Part shown: positions 1 to 12,885 of the stretch, one piece after another
How positions within the stretch are numbered: position 1 is the stretch's first letter
Layout of the letters: each line of letters begins with the position of its first letter
Origin: the human T2T-CHM13v2.0 reference genome, Homo sapiens
Assembly: GCF_009914755.1 (NCBI RefSeq)
Contig: NC_060927.1
Reading direction: 5' to 3' (one strand)
DNA length: 64,000 nt
Position numbers and translations under genes: made by a program
Notes under the pieces: model-generated
Databases searched by the model: none
Told to the model about the DNA's origin: nothing
What the model saw: the letters and a program-made list of their open reading frames with translations, nothing else

Positions 1-483
1 ACAGCCTTCTCCATTCAAGACCCAATGTACAAAAGAAATGAGGTGGAGAATACCAGGAAGGTTTAAAAGTGACTCTATCTGCTAACAATCAGGGACACGC
101 TTCTTGACCTTGTAAACAATGGAACTTCTGGATTCATCTCCTTTAGAAGCCTTTGTCCCTTAGAATGTTTTAAACTAGGCTAGACAAAGAGTGCACTGTT
201 TTAGAAATGTTCTATATTGTATTAAAGAGCTTATGGTAGAGAATGGTCTGATGGGGATCCCTGGGGTAAAGAACTGGGTGACCTATAACTTCTTTATTCT
301 TGTGGATTTCTGCTATCTTAAACCTTTTGCTGCAAGTATCACGTCCCTGAGGAATGGGGAATTGAAATTCAACAGGTGGCTTGGCTGGCTCTTTCCAACA
401 GATGTAGGAGACGCATGCCAAATATTCTGTCACCAACGTCACCTAAATCACATGCATGCGAGCTCACTCTTGCTCTCTAATAA

Positions 484-503
484 ACACACACACACACACA
501 CAC
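484..503. repeat. (CA)n microsatellite
   Basis: About 10 uninterrupted AC units, read directly. Confidence 0.95.
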
Positions 504-984
504 TCATCACCTACACACTTTTCTCCTGCCCTGCACTTCTGGCAGGGGACTACAAAGTCAAAGTGAGGAAGAAGGCTTTGCTGCTGTGCAGTGTTTAGAG
601 TTCCCCATGAAGTAAGACACAGGGAGAGGGCCAGTCATACTTCTTATCTCATCATTGCCCTAACAATGTACCCATTTTAGGATAGAAACCTAAACAAAAA
701 AACAAAAAAAACAAGGCATCCTACAATGTATCAACCATGTAAGAATAAATTCACTAGGAATAACTCAATTCTCTGATCCTAAATACAAACAAAAACAAAA
801 CAAACTACCAGCTAAACAAACTGAACTGAGATTATGCTACTCTCTGTTACCATTTTAGTGTCATATAGATTCTATAGGCTCCAATCCTAGAAAATGCCTA
901 AAAATGATGCTGGATATAGAAAATTGGGTGGTATGGGGAGGAGAGTGGAAAGAAATCATGTAGCTCTGATTTAGTACATGTCAT

Positions 985-1210
985 CATGTTTTTTATTGAA
1001 TATCTGGTATGCACTGAGCAAAATATTACCCTCGCCCTCAAGGGGCTTTGAGCTCATTAAAAAAAACTGGACACGTAAATAGCCAATTAAAATGAAACAA
1101 AGTACTTTTATTATTGAGGCAAAGCAAGCATGGTAACACATAGGAAGGATTTTGATTGTGAGGTAATGGTTAGGGTAATCAGAGAAAGTTTCACAAATGG
1201 AGGAGGTTAA
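985..1210 (-). mobile_element. L2 LINE 3' fragment, highly decayed
   Basis: tttattgaatatctggtatgca..ccctcgccctcaaggggcttt..aatcagagaaagtttcaca resembles the reverse complement of the L2 3' end. Boundaries approximate. Confidence 0.45.
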
Positions 1211-1249
1211 AGAGGAAGAAGAAGAAAATAATTTTTTCTTGCTTAATAG

Positions 1250-1372
1250 TCTTATCCCCAATTTACAGATTAAAAATTAAAGCTCACAAGAATTTAAAAA
1301 CTTGCCCAAGATAGCTGAACTGAACTACAACAGACAGTTGTGTACAGACCTCTCTGTGTTGAATGCCATGCC
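1250..1372 (-). mobile_element. MIR SINE fragment
   Basis: ttatccccaatttacagat..aacttgcccaagat matches the MIR core in reverse orientation. Confidence 0.7.
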
Positions 1373-1886
1373 ATCATACCAAGGAGACAACTTTGAACTG
1401 ATCCATCAAGATGTAGAAACATACAATAGACGGAGATAGAGAGATCAACATGAATAAAGAAACAGGGGAGTAAAAGTGCATTGCAAAATTTGAAATCTAA
1501 TGAGGTTGAAGCATCAAACACATGGGTGGATACAGAAGATGAGACTGGAAACATTTCAAGTGGCAAATGTAGACACAAAAAGTTCATATCTTAGAAAAAT
1601 ATAAATCATAGTCACTCTCCCAATTGTTCATCTATGTCTCCTCCTCACTCTGATCAATCTTGATTTAAGAAAACTCCACTATATTGAAGGCATATGTGTT
1701 AGATACTCAATACTCACTAGATGGCTAAAATTGTTGGGGTTGGCGTTGTTTTTAACAATCAGATGAACAATAAATTGAATATTTTAATATTTAATATGTA
1801 AATATTTCTTGAAGAAAGAAAAGGAAGGAGGGAAAAGAAAAGAATAGGAAAATAGAGCCTAAAGAAATCAAATCCATAGATTACTC

Positions 1887-1957
1887 TCATGCTCTTATAG
1901 TCTTCAAAGTACTTGAAATTCATCATGCTCTTACAGTCTTCAAAGCACTTGAAATTC
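1887..1957. repeat. Two-copy 36-bp tandem duplication
   Basis: tcatgctcttaYagtcttcaaagYacttgaaattc at 1887 and 1923, with 2 mismatches. Confidence 0.9.
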
Positions 1958-2796
1958 TATCATTGGCACACGTTAACCTACTGATAAAATTTTAGAAAAT
2001 GGGGTGGGAGAAAGAAGTCATTTCATATACAAAATTTATACTAAAAAATACCAGAAAAATGAATTTCTCTTCAGCTGCTGCCATAAATTCAACTTACATG
2101 GAAACTTCATCAAATTTGCCCTAATTTCCAGGCTTCTCAAAATACTTTATCTCATGACTCAATTTATTCTCAGGCTATGATTATACCAAGTATGTACTAA
2201 GTATACACGAGATGTACATTTAGTTATAATATGATTATTGTAGTCAAATATATACTATATGTTAAAAATCATTATATATATGATAATCAAATATTAACAA
2301 ATAATAACTCAACAAATACCCAATTTTTCCTTTTCAGAGACTAATTTTCTAAATGTATGTTCCTTAGTATTACTTTATTATTTCTAGAATACGTATGTTG
2401 TTTGTATGCCTTACCGTCTCTATTAAATATCAAACAAAATTGTTTTCCATATTTCCCTGCCAAGTCAAGAGAAATCCAGAAATTTACTAGGTTTCTATTG
2501 ACACAGTAAATGTAAGATAGAAATCTAAAGGTTCTTAACATTGTTTATGCTGAAAATGTACCAAATTCTATTCTCAAAGGACACTGACCTGTAAAAAGTA
2601 TTTGTCTTGCTTTGGTAAATACAAGCCCTATGTAAATGGATATCTCAACTTGAACTGAAGATTGCTTTGTTCTAATCAGAACTGATGTATCAGATCACTT
2701 CAATAGTGTCTTTGTTTCAAAGAAGAATCATCCATTCCCCAGATTTCTATTGCAGTATATGGTACCTCAATAAACTCAAAATGAATAAAGAAAACA

Positions 2797-3140
2797 CAGT
2801 AATGTGTCACGTAATGACAGGGTTATATTCTGAGAAATGCATTGTTAGGTGATTTCAGCTTTGTTCAAACATCATAGGGTGCACTTAACACAAACTTAGA
2901 TGCTATAGCCCATTACACACCTAGCCTATATGGTATAACCTATTGCTCCTAAGCTACAAAACTGCACAGCATGTTATTGTACTGAGTACTGTAGGGAACT
3001 GTAACACAATGATATTTGTGTATCTAAACATAGCTAAAACTAGCAAAGGTACAGTAAAAATACAGTACTTTATCTTATGAAACCACTGTCTTATAATCGG
3101 TCTGCAGTTGAACAAAATGTCAGGATGTGGAGCATGACTG
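2797..3140 (+). mobile_element. Tigger3a (MER7A/Golem) non-autonomous TcMar DNA transposon, full length
   Basis: Termini cagtaatgtg.../...gcatgactg. Internal ttctgagaaatgcattgttaggtgattt and tattgctcctaagctacaaa match the Tigger3a consensus as recalled. 344 bp. Confidence 0.88.
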
Positions 3141-3489
3141 CAGAATTTTGTAATTCTATAAAATAAATGTCTCTCTGAAGATAAATCATAATAAAAATAT
3201 AATTTTTTGAAGTTGTCATCCTCAAAAATAGGCTCCTAAGAAACAAAAATAACCAACAACTTTCAAAATGGATTTTGTTCAGTCCTGCAGCCCAGAAGAT
3301 CAAGTATCCAAAGGCATGGTGGGTACTCAATCTCCAAGATTAGCAGCTCTATCAGGCCTGTGGCCTTGTAAGAGACTTAAAGGGTATTGGGGATCTAAAT
3401 TTTCATTTAGCATCCTATCAGAATAACTTTTTTCACTTTTTCTCCCCCTTTGATCTGTCTACACCAAACCAAAATATGAAATAACATGT

Positions 3490-3770
3490 CCCTTAAAAAC
3501 TCAGCTCAAGTGTCACCTCAATGGCAGGCAAGTGCTCCTTTAAGTACCAAGTTCCACTTAAATGTCTCCCCTCTGTGCTGCCATAGCTTCTTATGTACAA
3601 CTCTGAGGCTGAATTTACTTACTGTACCCTATAGTTTTTGACTTACTATCTACTTGTCCTTAAGAACAAGGAGTATGACTGACTCAACATTGTTTTCCCA
3701 TTGCCTAGCTCAGAATGTGGAACAAAGCAGCTGCTCAATAAATGTTTGTTTAAATGAATAAATGACAAAT
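3490..3770 (+). mobile_element. L2 LINE 3' end
   Basis: actcagctcaagtgtcacctc at the start and the terminal gctcaataaatgtttgtttaaatgaataaatga typical of L2. Confidence 0.8.
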
Positions 3771-5309
3771 AAACAATATCTATTCACTTAATAGGTAGTT
3801 CACTCTGCATACGTGCTCAAAATTGTATCCTCAGACCTTTCTATTTATTCCCTATCCTACATTTCAATGTTATACAAAGATATTCGAATTTTGGCTTCTG
3901 CGCATAATCTGACACATTTTGGTTTTCAACATTATAATGTGTATCAGATAATACATCTCACCAAAAGGGTTTTAAAAAGCAAAAATAAACATACATTTTA
4001 CCTAAATATTACTTGAAACAACAGCAAGGACTTCTGAACACAATGATGAATTGATAATCTGAAACTCAGTGATTGTGTTCCACTGTGACTTGGGTATATA
4101 ATTCTTCAGGCAAGGGTCTGTCAATAGACAGCTTCAAAAAATAATGAATGTTTGCAGTAATAATTTCATGGGTTGACTGAAACTTAATAGCCTTTATTTC
4201 CAATGTAGGTTTCTGATATGTTCCAGTGGAAGCAGTCTCAAATGAAATATAGTCTATTACAGTACTATTTAACCCTCTATTATTTTGTTAATCCTTTTTT
4301 GGTATTTTATTTGGTTTTATGTTTTCAGCTATGGCAGACTGTGTTAGCCACCTCAGTTTTTACTTTGCTGCATCTATCTCAGCCTTTCTCAGTCTATTCT
4401 CCATTACCCAAGAGATGCCTATCTAGTGACTAATTTTTCCTGAGTGATGAGGACCCTGCTTCATCTTGCTACAGCCAATCTCCCTCTTGACACTTTCACT
4501 ATTCAAGCATCATATCCAGCAGAGGATAAAGGAGGAAACAAAAAGATAAAGGCTAACTTAATTTGTCCTGCTTATTGTCAGTAGTAGAAAGGTAAAGACT
4601 CACATTAATAAAAGTTTTTGGTGTTCATAGCTGTGGAAATGTTTGACTACCAGGAATACAAAATTTGAGGGGTTTGGGTGCGCAGACCTACATATATATA
4701 CACAGAGAAAACTGAGCAACTTGTTACCAGGTACAGAGTACAATCTTAGCATTTTGAGGGAGGAAGAAGTGAGACAAAAGCAAGGTTACTATTGAAACCC
4801 TTGGGTTGCTAAGTATATAACATACAACAGAACGTACTTGCAAATAATGGTTCTTATTTAGGAGTATGCGTCTAGTCACTTGAGCTGGTTTTGCAAAAAT
4901 ACACACAGCTAGTGTCTACCCTAAAAGAATGCACCCAAAGCTCCAGAGGTTGCCTAAACACAAGTATTTTAAAAACAATATATCAAATTATCCAGATGAG
5001 TCTGATGCAAATTTTAAATAATAACAAACCACTGCTTAATTATTGTCCACATAGTGCCAAAACGAATTAATTCAATAAAAATTAATAAAATAGTTTAGAA
5101 TAGTTAAATGACAAAAATTCCTTGGCAAGATGTTTTCTTTGGGTCCTCTGCCTGTGCTCATGGCGACAATGGCTAATATGCTTTTCATGATACTGATGCA
5201 CAGTGAAGTGTCTAATACCACAGACTCATTCTGTAAGAGAACAGATCAAGTCAATAAACATAGCAATCACCTTCAATTACCATTATCTAAACTAGACTAA
5301 AAAAATCAC

Positions 5310-6262
5310 ACATTTAATTAAAACTAGAATGAGGTATCACCTCACACTTGTTAGGATGGCTATTATAAAAAAGACAGAAGATGACAAGGGTAGGCAAAGT
5401 TGTGGAGGAAAGAAAATCCTTGTTTATTGTTTGGTGGGAACATAAATTGGTAGAGCCATTATGAAGGTTCCTCAAAAAATTAAAAATGGAACTATACAAT
5501 ATGAAAGTCCCAATTCTGGGTATATATGCAAAGGAAATCAATATCTGGAAGAGATATCTCACCCACATGATCACAGCAGCATTATTCACAACAGCAAAGA
5601 TGTGGAAACAACCTAAGTGTCCATTGATGAATGAATGGATAGAGAAAAATGTGTTTATATATACTGTATATATTACATATTGTGTATGCAAAGGAATATT
5701 ATTCATCTATAAAAAACAAGAAAATCACACCATTTGCAATAACATAGATGAGTCTGGAGGACATTATGCTAAGTGAAATAAGCCAGACACAGAAAGACAA
5801 ATACTGTATGATCTCACTTATATGAGTAATCTAAAAAAATTATAATTTATAGAAGCATAAAACAGTGGTTAGCAGGGGCTGGGGCATGAGGAAAATGGGG
5901 AGACAATTGTCAAAGGGTACAAACTTTCAGTTAAAAGACAAGTTCTGGAAATCTAACATACAGCATGGTGACTATAGTTAATACTGCATTGTTTACTTGA
6001 AATTTGTTAAGAGAGGAGATCTTAAGTGTCCTCACCCCCCCAACACACACATACACACATGCACACACATATACACAGATATATACACATATAAATGATA
6101 TACACATATAAATGATACACACTAAGTATGATAGTGGATGTGTTAATTTGATTGTGGTAAACATTTCACAATGTACACATATATCAAATTATCACATTGT
6201 ACCCCTTGAATATACATAATTTTTATCTGTCAATTAGACTTTAATAAAGCTGGAAAAAAAAA
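5310..6262 (+). mobile_element. L1 3' end (L1MA8/9-like): ORF2 C-terminus, 3'UTR and A tail
   Basis: ORF 5486-5776 (TAALFTTAKMWKQPKCP..EWI) is the L1 ORF2 C-terminal domain. Ends aataaagctggaaaaaaaaa. Internal CA/TA repeat at about 6043-6122. Confidence 0.92.
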
Positions 6263-6324
6263 CTTGTGACCCTAAAAGTATCACATATTTAGACAAAATT
6301 TCACCAAGAGCACATGTTAAACTC

Positions 6325-6664
6325 TGTCTTAGTCCATTTGGGGCTACTCGAACAGAATGTCACAGACTGGGTAATTTATAAAGAACAGAGGTTTATTTCT
6401 TCCCATTCTGGAGGCTGGGACGTCAAAGATCAAGGTACCACATGTAGTGCGGGCCTTCTTACTGTGTCATAATATGGCAGAAGTCATCACACATCAAGAG
6501 AGCAAGAAATCAGACTGGCAGCCTCGAAGCCCTAATGCCCTCATGAATGGCATTAACCTATTCTTGAAGGTAGAGCCCTCGTGACCCAACCACCTACCAA
6601 CACTGTTTCATTGGGGATTACATTTCTAATGCATACATTTTGGGGGCACGTTCAAATCATAGCA
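6325..6664 (-). mobile_element. MaLR solo LTR (MSTC/MSTD-like)
   Basis: tgtcttagtccatttgggg..agactgggtaatttataaagaacaga..ttcaaatcatagca, with TG...CA termini. Confidence 0.85.
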
Positions 6665-8063
6665 AATCCAATGAATGGACTATAATAAAGAATGAGAGTT
6701 TTTTCAGAGTTCCTTTTTGCCTGCTCTAGAATTAATGAGGTACCTATACAAACCTAGTAAATTATTAATTTATGAAAGTGAAGCTATAATAATTATACTA
6801 AACTACAGTATCCAGAAGATACTACTAGAAAAGATTTAGGCTATCCAGGATATGTTTCTTTTATTCTAGAGTTGATGACAAAGTAATGAGAGTAAAGAGA
6901 CAATGACAGCAATCTCAGAGGAAAGCTGTTTTCAATGGAAACATAACATCTGGGATGGGGTTAATAAAAGAAAATGGTTGATCTCTTTGATTCCAGTAAA
7001 ATGACTCCTCTGCTGAGCAAAAATTTAAGGGGAAAAAACACCAAAGAGTTGACCTCTCTACCAGAGTGATTCTCTGGACAGAAATCAAGAATGCTTCTAT
7101 GTTCTCAACAGCACTCATCATCTTGCTGGCCTTCAGTCAGTGTTAATAATTATAACATGTCTGTCCCTACTGTGACCTCTGAGAGAACTTGTCTTCCATG
7201 TCCCTTCTCCTGAGAAGACCATCGTTTTCTCTCTGCTCCAGGGCCAGCCCACTTCCTTAGACAGGGATGATCTTCATCCAAATCCAGACCATTCCTACTG
7301 GCAGCTCTTGTCTGGATCCAACTGGTCTCAGCTGGAGGTCCAGATGGCTCATTCCTCATTCCCCAGCAGGGTTTCAGCAGCATCCACCCCTTCCTGATCT
7401 CTCTGCCATTAGTGCCATCAGGCTTAATGTTTTCCCTAAATTCTAACAACAGCTTAGTAGAGCATTTATTCCCAAGAATAGAGTCAACTTTAGAAAAGAT
7501 GAAATAACTTTATACAATATAATGAGGTCCAATTATGGAGTATTCTAAAAGTTGATTTTTATTCATAGCATTTCCTAGATATACAAATGACCCTTATACC
7601 TATATATCTATATCTTGAATTGATCTAACAAATGACAGACAACTATGTCAAACTGATAGATGAACAGAAACTGTTTGAAAAATACCATGTGTAGAGATAT
7701 AGACATATGTATATATAGATATCTATATCTACAGCTACATCTATACAGATAGATATAAAATTTTCAAAACTGACAATAGACACTGTTTAAAATATTATAG
7801 ATAGATACATCCATGTTCATCTACCCATATGAAGATTTTTAAAGAGTTTCTGACAATTTGTCAGTTTACCTGTGGTTGCCATAACATGTAAGGCAAGCTA
7901 GCTATAAAGATTTTCACCAAATTTAAAGAGTGAGATGAGTGGGATGATTTAAAGAGTGGGATGATCTGACTTAAAATATACACTCTGTCAAATGCCAAAT
8001 TCAATCCAGGAGGCTTTCTAAGGTAGCCAAAACTGAGGATGGCTTTTTACCTCATTTGAAGTA

Positions 8064-9121
8064 CAGGTAACCTCTGAACAACACAGGGGTTAGGGATGCT
8101 GACCCTCACGCAGTCAAAAACCTGGATATAACTTTTGACTCCCCAAATACTTAACTACCAATAACCTACTACTGACCAGAAGCCTTATCGATAACATAAA
8201 GTTGATTAATGCATTTTGTATGTTACATGTATTGTATATTGTATTCTTACAATAAAGTAAGCTAGAGCAAAGAAAATGTTATTTAAAATCATAAAGGAGT
8301 GAAAATAAATTTGTAGTACTGTACTGTATTTATCAAGACCATAACATTATATCATCTGTTTACAAGATGAATCATCTGTCTGAAATGGCAGGCAACCATA
8401 GCTGCGGACCTTAATCTAAGGCACACATCAAGCAATTCAACTTTTTCTGCTAATATCATGACTTTGCTTCTTGGGAGCACTTCTAGCATCACTTATGGCA
8501 CTTCATATGGGTCCCATAGTGTTACTCAAGTTTTATGGTATTGCACTAAGCACGATGAAGAATATTGAAGAACCATGATAGATCACTTTTTACTGCAGTA
8601 TGCAATTTACTGGAGAGACAATCTGCGCATGTGGAAATGATTATCATCACATGATGTTTTTAAGAGTATACTCCCAACACCTGGGCTCAATGTGCTAGCA
8701 ATAGGAAGTGCCTATGATATTATTACAGTAGCATGGTATGTACTGCAGTTAATTTTATACATCTGTGATTTAATATTGCATCTTTACATTTGTTTACATT
8801 TCTCTCAACTATGAATAGTGCCATATATGGCCTGCGTTTATTTGTATATGTTTTGATAAATTTTAACTTTTTATTGTAGATTCATGTATATGTTAGGGAA
8901 GTAAATGATAAAATAAGCTAGTATCTACATATATTTTAAACACTCACAACATGTCTAATTTTTTCTTCATTTTTCAATGTTTCTAGGCTATGAGGCTATG
9001 CCTGTGAGTTTTTTCAAACTGTCAAAAGTCTCCAAAAAATTTTTTAATATATGTACTGAAAAAATTCCATGTGTAAGTGGATTCACACAGTTCAAACCTG
9101 TTGTTGTTCAAGGGTCAACTG
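8064..9121 (+). mobile_element. Tigger2-family DNA transposon, internally deleted (Tigger2b_Pri-like, about 1.06 kb)
   Basis: Terminal inverted repeats caggtaacctctgaacaacac / gttgttcaagggtcaactg, with TA on the left. Body matches Tigger2 (ataacttttgactcccca..ttaactac). Confidence 0.85.
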
Positions 9122-9239
9122 AATACATTTAGGATGCTCTGAATTAAGATGTGGGTTACATGGATTACACAAATTTCACTTTTTGAGCCCCAAAGAACCC
9201 CTCAGTCATCTTTCAGAACAGATGAATTGAGGAAATTGT

Positions 9240-9685
9240 TAGTAGTTTCTTACAGCTGCTATACAAAAAATTACCACAAACTGAGTGGCTTAAAACAAAT
9301 TGATCTCATACTGTTTTGGAAACTAGAAGTCTGAAATCAGGATGTTTCCATGCTTCCTCTAATGGCTTTAGAGGAAGCTTGCTTCCTTGCTTCTTCTATC
9401 TTTACTTGCTTCTTCTATCTTTTGGTGGTTGCTGGCAATCCCTTGCATTTCTTGCCTTGTGATAACATGACTCTAATCTCTGCCCCTGTCTTCACATGGT
9501 CTTCCTCCCTATGTCTCTTCTGTGTCTTCAAATCTTTCTCACCTTATAAGGACACTAGTCACTGAATTTCGGGCCCACCCTCAGCCAGTATGACCTTATC
9601 GTAATCTGGTTACATCTGCATCACATTCACAGTTTCCAGGGATTGAGATCTCAATGTATCTTTTTGGTGGACACAATTCAACAAA
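9240..9685 (-). mobile_element. MaLR solo LTR (MLT1C-like)
   Basis: ttaccacaaactgagtggcttaaaacaa..tcttcacatggtcttc..cttataaggacactagtca..ggacacaattcaac. Confidence 0.85.
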
Positions 9686-10677
9686 CGTGAACCATGTGCC
9701 CAACATGAGTGGAGAAGCCACCTTATGCCAGGCTCCAAACAACAATCTAGGAAGATGGGCCCCAGGATATAAGATGCTATGAACACAGAAAACAAATAGG
9801 ACTGCAATTAGAACTCAAAAATAATAAAGAAAAAATTACTGTCCAAACTAAATTACTTGTGATAGTGGCAGGGAGTACAATTAATGTCAGGACAACAGAT
9901 ATAAGCCAAACTATCCTTAACAAACTGTAATGTATGGTCACTTTAGCCCTAAAGGGAAAAATCACAAAACTAGACTAGGGAGTATTATTCTGCACTTGAG
10001 TGCTTCTGGAATGGGCAATGCCATATATGGTGTTCTAGACTGAGGCATACGAAGAATTTATATATTTAACGATAGATAATAATTTCCTTGGAGCAATACT
10101 AGCTAACTGAAATAAATAAATTGTTTGTAAGTACTAGAGTGTTTCAGTTTACCTCATAATCTGCAACTGTTTTTGCTGTGAACTTCTCCATGTATTTATA
10201 AATAGACTTGGCTACACTTAAGTCCAAATCTCATATTTTCAATTTATGTTAGAAGCTTTCAAAGAACTGTTTCTATGTTGTTCTTCCCCAGTATATTTTA
10301 CCACATTTGGCAGGAATGTTACTGATTAATTTTCCTGAATCTTGTTTCTCAAGCCACCAAAATTAAATCTACCATCTAAATACTTAAGGATAGAATCAGT
10401 GACTGCACAGTAAGTGCTTAGCTATCCAAAGTCACTGAAATTCAAACACAATAACAGAATGAGAAGTTATGCTTTTGTTTTAATTTTTGCAGGAAAAAAA
10501 TGTTTTAAAAAACCCAATCAGATGATAGTTTATCTTAAAAAGTAGGTCATCTCCCAGAATCAAAGGATGACTATTTAATTAACTAGAAGCTAGAAATCCC
10601 AAAGAGGGTAAGCCACTGTGTGTCTCTCATTAGAGGTTAGCATTTTAGATATTTTATAAATATCTGGGTCCTACCTA

Positions 10678-11028
<351 letters not shown>

Positions 11029-11159
11029 TCAGTATGGACTGGAATTATAAGGAAATTCTTAGAGTAAGTGTTGTAAGTGCTATTCCTTGAGGTAAGATGG
11101 TAGAAGAGAATTTACTAAGAGGGAAAAAGAATGTGCAAAGGCACAGAGGAGAGAAGAAA

Positions 11160-11370
11160 GAACTAATGTTTATTAAGTAACATTACATTTTAGGCAGAGC
11201 ACTGGACACCTGACTTACATTATTTAACTTGATCCTCACAGCAAGTCTAGGAGGTAAAGTATAAGTGATAAATAAATTGTAAAAGTAACACAGCTGGAAG
11301 GCAGCAGAGAGAATATCTGAGCAAGGATTGTCTGAATCCAGAACCTACTTTTGTGCTGTACACCATGGTA
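11160..11370 (-). mobile_element. MIR SINE
   Basis: aatgtttattaagt..tgatcctcacagcaa..gtaacacagctggaag..gtctgaatccaga, the reverse MIR pattern. Confidence 0.75.
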
Positions 11371-12529
11371 CCTATTCCAGATAATAAGGAGACTAGCCTA
11401 GTAGGAGCCAAGACTTACTGTTGGAAAGGAGTGGGCTCTCCCAAGCAAGGGGAACCTCAGCTCTCTGGGAATAGGCAATGCACTGAGGTAAACTTTCCTA
11501 GTTTGGAAACTGGCACATAATTTCCATTTTCTCTTCTACAACTATTTAAAGAAATTACTGTAAAATTTTAGTTATTACAAGAAAATGTGTGAAAAAAGTG
11601 ACTTTACACAGCTGCCTGTGGGAGTAATTTTTAGCAGCTTGAATTTATATTAATATAAGCTAGAATGTAAGTGTAAATGTGATAAGTCAGTACTGCCATT
11701 TGGTATAGTTCAGGGTCATTTTTCTTTACTTGTTTGACATCGGTTATCAGATGTTTTCTTCTTTTCACATACAAAGGACCATACAGGAAAGGATGGAAAA
11801 AAATAATCACTTGGCTCTTCTTAGGGGTTTTTTGGCTTGGCTATACGTTCAGTGGTGAAGGTTTTCAAAGCTTTCAAGTAGCCTATATAGGAATGGATAG
11901 TCTATATAGGAATGACTAACTACCAAAGAACAAGAAAGGTTCCTGTATAAAGAAATGCTTTGAACTAACAAAACTTTAATGTATACTTTCTCGTTGATGG
12001 ATAAGAATCTACAGGTTTCTTAATTCACAGTGACAAAAGGAGCTACGGATGCCATCTTTTTATCTCCACATGTGGGACCTTGTTTCTACCAGTTAATTAG
12101 TGTTGGTAACCCACGTGATATGCTACAATAAAAATGCTATACAATATACATAGGTGTTGGTGAATGTATTAGCAGCATTATTTGCATTTTCTTGCATTGA
12201 AATATGGATTCTTCTTAATGTGCTTCATATTCCTTAAGGTGAAGATTTTTTAGCAGGGTAAGTTTCAACTCATTTAACTCAAGGTTTTACAGGAAAACCT
12301 GAGTAGCTAATAATGTGTAAAGATGTTTCTCTCCAACCTCTTGGATTGGGCAAATGTGCACTGCATTAACTCATAAACAGGTTAAGAGCAAACCAACTTT
12401 CCTTCCTCTGAAATATGCTGGAGAAAACTGTCTAGGCAAAGTAAAAGGGGGAGGTGGAAAAAGCTAAATGCTTCTACAGAGTTACTGGACAGAGTAAAAG
12501 AAAAGCTCTCTCAAATCTAAGAATGCTAG

Positions 12530-12885
12530 CTCATTGGAAGACATTTTACTAGGTTATAGATTCTATGCTAGTCATTCAAGATACGACTTGAACATGACAG
12601 ACACAGAGCCTGCAATCTAGCTGGGCAGGCATACAATGAAGCCAGCAATAAAAGTAGTGTCATAAGCATTTTTCTATGACTTGGGATATCAAGGAATATT
12701 TTTTAGAGACGTAATATATGAAGGTGAGTTATTTAGATGAACATTTGGGGTAGATTACAACAAAGTGGGAAATTGGTTTATTGGGGATGTTCCAGGCAAA
12801 GATAACCATATGTTCAAGGGCCTATGGCACATCCATACTATAATCAAGAAACTAAAAAATGTTCAGTATGCCTGGAGCATAGAGA
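12530..12885 (-). mobile_element. L2 fragment
   Basis: ttccaggcaaagataaccatatgttcaagggcct..gttcagtatgcctggagcatag, reverse L2 motifs. Confidence 0.65.

Noticed and set aside
1-598. ORFs 191-598 (+) and 212-442 (-), and a short frame ending ...NEVENTRKV* at 1-66
   Set aside because: No recognisable domain, GTG starts, the + ORF reads through a CA microsatellite, and no convincing splice sites.
1380-1595. Purine-rich stretch with protein-like short frames (ALQNLKSNEVEASNTWVDTEDETG)
   Set aside because: Interrupted by stops with no identifiable parent gene, so a pseudogene call needs a search.
7600-7965. GATA/TA-rich low-complexity region and a small gagtgggatg duplication
   Set aside because: Degenerate microsatellite with no regular spacer structure, so not CRISPR-like.
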